This document shows positions 61,552-64,000 of a stretch of 64,000 nt of DNA, in pieces (position 1 is the stretch's first letter; every line of letters begins with the position of its first letter). A program made the translations under genes and the position numbers. The DNA lies in NCBI GenBank assembly GCA_010909165.1, contig MU008234.1, positions 18,528 to 82,527 of the forward strand, written 5' to 3'. The notes under the pieces are model-generated. The model ran no database searches and was not told where the DNA came from. It was given only the letters and a program-made list of their open reading frames with translations. The DNA comes from Anthoceros angustus (lineage: Eukaryota; Plantae; Anthocerotophyta).

Positions 61552-62490
61552 TGACAAAGACAAAGTTACGGCCATTATGTCGAAAGTTTTCCTTATGGGC
61601 ATCGGCAAAGAAAGATGCCCATAAGGAGAAGCGTGGCAATGGCCTCAAGACGCCCTACCAAGCGGATCCTCAAGCCCTCATTTTTGTGTTCAGCTGCAAA
61701 TTTGAAGAGCGATGGAGTGCCCCAACCCAACACCTCAATCGACAAAGCCTCAGGATCACGCCACGAGGGTGATTGGGGAGTGGCGAAGAAGTTTCTTTCA
61801 ACGCAGATGGCTACAGCTATTGGTGTAGGTGAAACCAGCGATAATGAGATTGTTGTTTGTGTCACATGAGATGAGCACTTGCATTCATATAGGCACTTCC
61901 TCAATAAACAATGAAGCAAAACAAATCTAATATGCAAATATATGTGTAAACCAATAACAATAGGAGAGAGTAGCTCGCATATCGTGGCACAAACACACTC
62001 TCCCCACAATAACAATACACAAATTCCTCACACATCACTCTCAGAGTCATAGCTTTGGCCTCCTCACAACACTCTTGCACTGCATATCTAGAGGACAAGC
62101 TCTGATTTGAGCTTGTCTTTTGAAGATGACGATATATATTAGCCCTCGCATCATCATATTCCTAAGATATCCTATTGGCATCAAGATATAAATATTCTAA
62201 GAATACAATTATAAAGCATGTTACTTGTGCTTATCCACTTAGCTATTGCTAACCATGTTTAATTAATACTAATCAACGCTGATTAATATAAGTATTTTTA
62301 ATTTAATTAATATTAATTACTTAGTTAAAGATAAATAAGATTAATTATTGCTAATCAAACACTAAACCCAAGTGCGTAGATTAGTGTCACATGGCATGTC
62401 ACACAAGGTAAGCACTTGCATTCATATAAGCACTTCCTCAATGCATGCCAAAGTAAAACAAATCTAATAGGCAAATATAAGTGTAATCCA
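61552..62490 (-). mobile_element. Probable 3' LTR of a Gypsy element
   Basis: On the minus strand a PPT-like CAGGGGGGAT is followed by TG at 62490; a candidate CA end lies at 61552. Internal direct repeat of about 80 bp (about 61875 and 62412). The distal end is tentative. Confidence 0.5.
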
Positions 62491-62499
62491 ATCCCCCCT

Positions 62500-63150
62500 G
62501 ATAACGTGAGACTCCAAGTCAAAGGCTAATGGGTTGACGGAGAAAACAAACCGGACTTATCTCACGGATCCCGGAATAAGCTCACGGTGAATTACGCCAT
62601 GATTGGGATACCAAGTTACCATTAGTCCTATATCTGTGATGATAAAAGCAACTATGGATTATGAGTGCCGCCTTTTGATGATTAATGCCAAAATACTCCG
62701 TCATGGCTGTCACCACATCATTAAGGAAATGGGTTCTCTTGTCACTTACCAACTGCAACGGACATCCGTGCCTGTGTTCTAATACTTATGACCGCCACAT
62801 GATTGCGCCGAGTCCGTCTGTCGCCATCGCTCAACCCACTGGTGCGAACGGTTGCCACCGTGATGTATCTCTTCCGTGTGCGTCTTGTTGTAGGTCAGTA
62901 TGGATCCAACGTCAATACCCCACTTTTCGAGCAAAGTAGGCCGAATAGGCACCAACGTGCCATTGTGTCGTGAGTAGGCTTCCGATCCGACAAGCATCAC
63001 ACTTCTTCACAAAGTGGTGTGTGTCTCCATACATTGTGGGCCACGATTCCACTTCAAAATCTTTTTGGTGGTAACTTGAAGCGCATAATGTCCTCCACCC
63101 AATCCTTCGTGCATTCCCCGATCGCCCCCTATTTACCGCAAGTCTCTTCT
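62500..63150 (-). pseudogene. Ty3/Gypsy integrase remnant
   Basis: WPTMYGDTHHFVKKCDAC and LLEKWGIDV.G; a TNDGCHD segment at the SD.G position of the integrase core. Confidence 0.75.
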
Positions 63151-63152
63151 CT

Positions 63153-63643
63153 TGTGAAACCCCGAGGCTTCCAAGATCCTCCTCCCACTCTAGCTGCCAC
63201 ACTTATCCCACCGCCGCCAGACGCTGGGTTTCGGCCCCATGAGACTTGTGTGAAAGTTCGAGGTCTGGATGACCGATCGCCACCAGAGACACAACTTCTC
63301 AGCCTTCTAAACAAGCAAGGCGCCTCTACTCACCTCTCTTACAAAGAATGCACCACTTGCACGCCTCAAAATCACCAATCCCCACAACGACACAACACTG
63401 TGTCCCGCCTTAGCCGAGGAGCCTATCACGGCGCCTGTGACCCCCGATCCACACCGCATTTGTCCCTACTTCTAAGACCACTCTTCTCCACCTGTGGAGC
63501 GCCTTTACTTGCAGATTTGGGATTCTGCCTTAGGCTCGCCTGTGGCCTTCCACTAACGCCTACACTCTAATCCTCTACTCATCTCCTCATCCTCTTCCTC
63601 CTATTCTAACCTCGCCGGCTTCACTGGTTTCGACCCCACGACA
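63153..63643 (-). mobile_element. Terminal fragment of the 31360-36761 element family
   Basis: Direct similarity to 807-1318 (CCACACTTATCCCA, CATGAGACTTGTGTGAA, CTTCTAAACAAGCAAGGCGCC, CTCTAATCCTCTACTCATCTCCTC). Confidence 0.8.
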
Positions 63644-63659
63644 ACCGCTATCCTATAGT

Positions 63660-64000
63660 CAATACCGAATGGGTGGCTCCAATAGTGGTAGTACCTAAGA
63701 GGCGCGTGCAAAATCCGAGTTTGTCGATCGGAGAAGGTTGAATAAAGTCACCAAGAAGGATCACTTTCCGCTACCCTTCATCGATAATATCCTCGGATCC
63801 GTCGCAGTGTAATGGCGATTCATTCCTAGACGGTACTGGGTATAATCACCGCACCTTAGGGAGAGCGATTGGCCTCGACCGCTTTTACAACCGATCGGGG
63901 ACATATGCTTACAAGCGCATTTGGGTTGACGGAGCACTGGTCCTTCATGCGAGCCATCGCCAAAATTTTCAAGGACTTCCTCCGCGACTTTATGGAAGTT
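63660..64000 (+). pseudogene. Ty3/Gypsy reverse transcriptase fragment (runs off the window)
   Basis: EWVAPIVVVPK...RRLNKVTKKDHFPLPFIDNIL...FLDG..GYN, read across frameshifts. Confidence 0.85.

Noticed and set aside
63153-63643. Complete 490-bp solo LTR
   Set aside because: No TSD (TCTCT versus ACCGC), and the homologous sequence continues without a PBS in the other copies, so it is a truncated fragment.

Overview
Eukaryotic, land-plant-type genomic DNA (probably a non-seed plant; inference). It holds one host gene, a 12-exon LAMMER/AFC-type protein kinase (57032-60242, minus), next to a multi-level nest of transposable elements whose junctions can be solved from target-site duplications (TSDs). 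The oldest layer is a Ty1/Copia element (3470-5742 plus 54019-56398). It is split by a DNA transposon at 5743-54014 with 32-bp TIRs and a 4-bp CTTA TSD, about 9.2 kb once nested inserts are removed. This transposon encodes a Sola-like (DUF7869-type) DDD transposase on the plus strand. Divergently, it carries an intron-containing gene for a ParB-like domain fused to a bacterial-type beta-class N4/N6 DNA amino-methyltransferase, which is the most interesting feature. Nested inside are a CACTA-family element with CCCTA termini (12357-26905, right end duplicated to 28010) and three Copia elements (28558-40807, 41891-48172, 48948-53821). The first of those Copias contains a spliced antisense ORF and a 5.4-kb TG...CA coding insert (31360-36761). 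Gypsy remnants end the window. Many frameshifts look like systematic consensus errors (CWG>CG and homopolymer deletions), so several 'pseudogenes' may be more intact than they appear. All domain calls are by eye from motifs; no database search was run.
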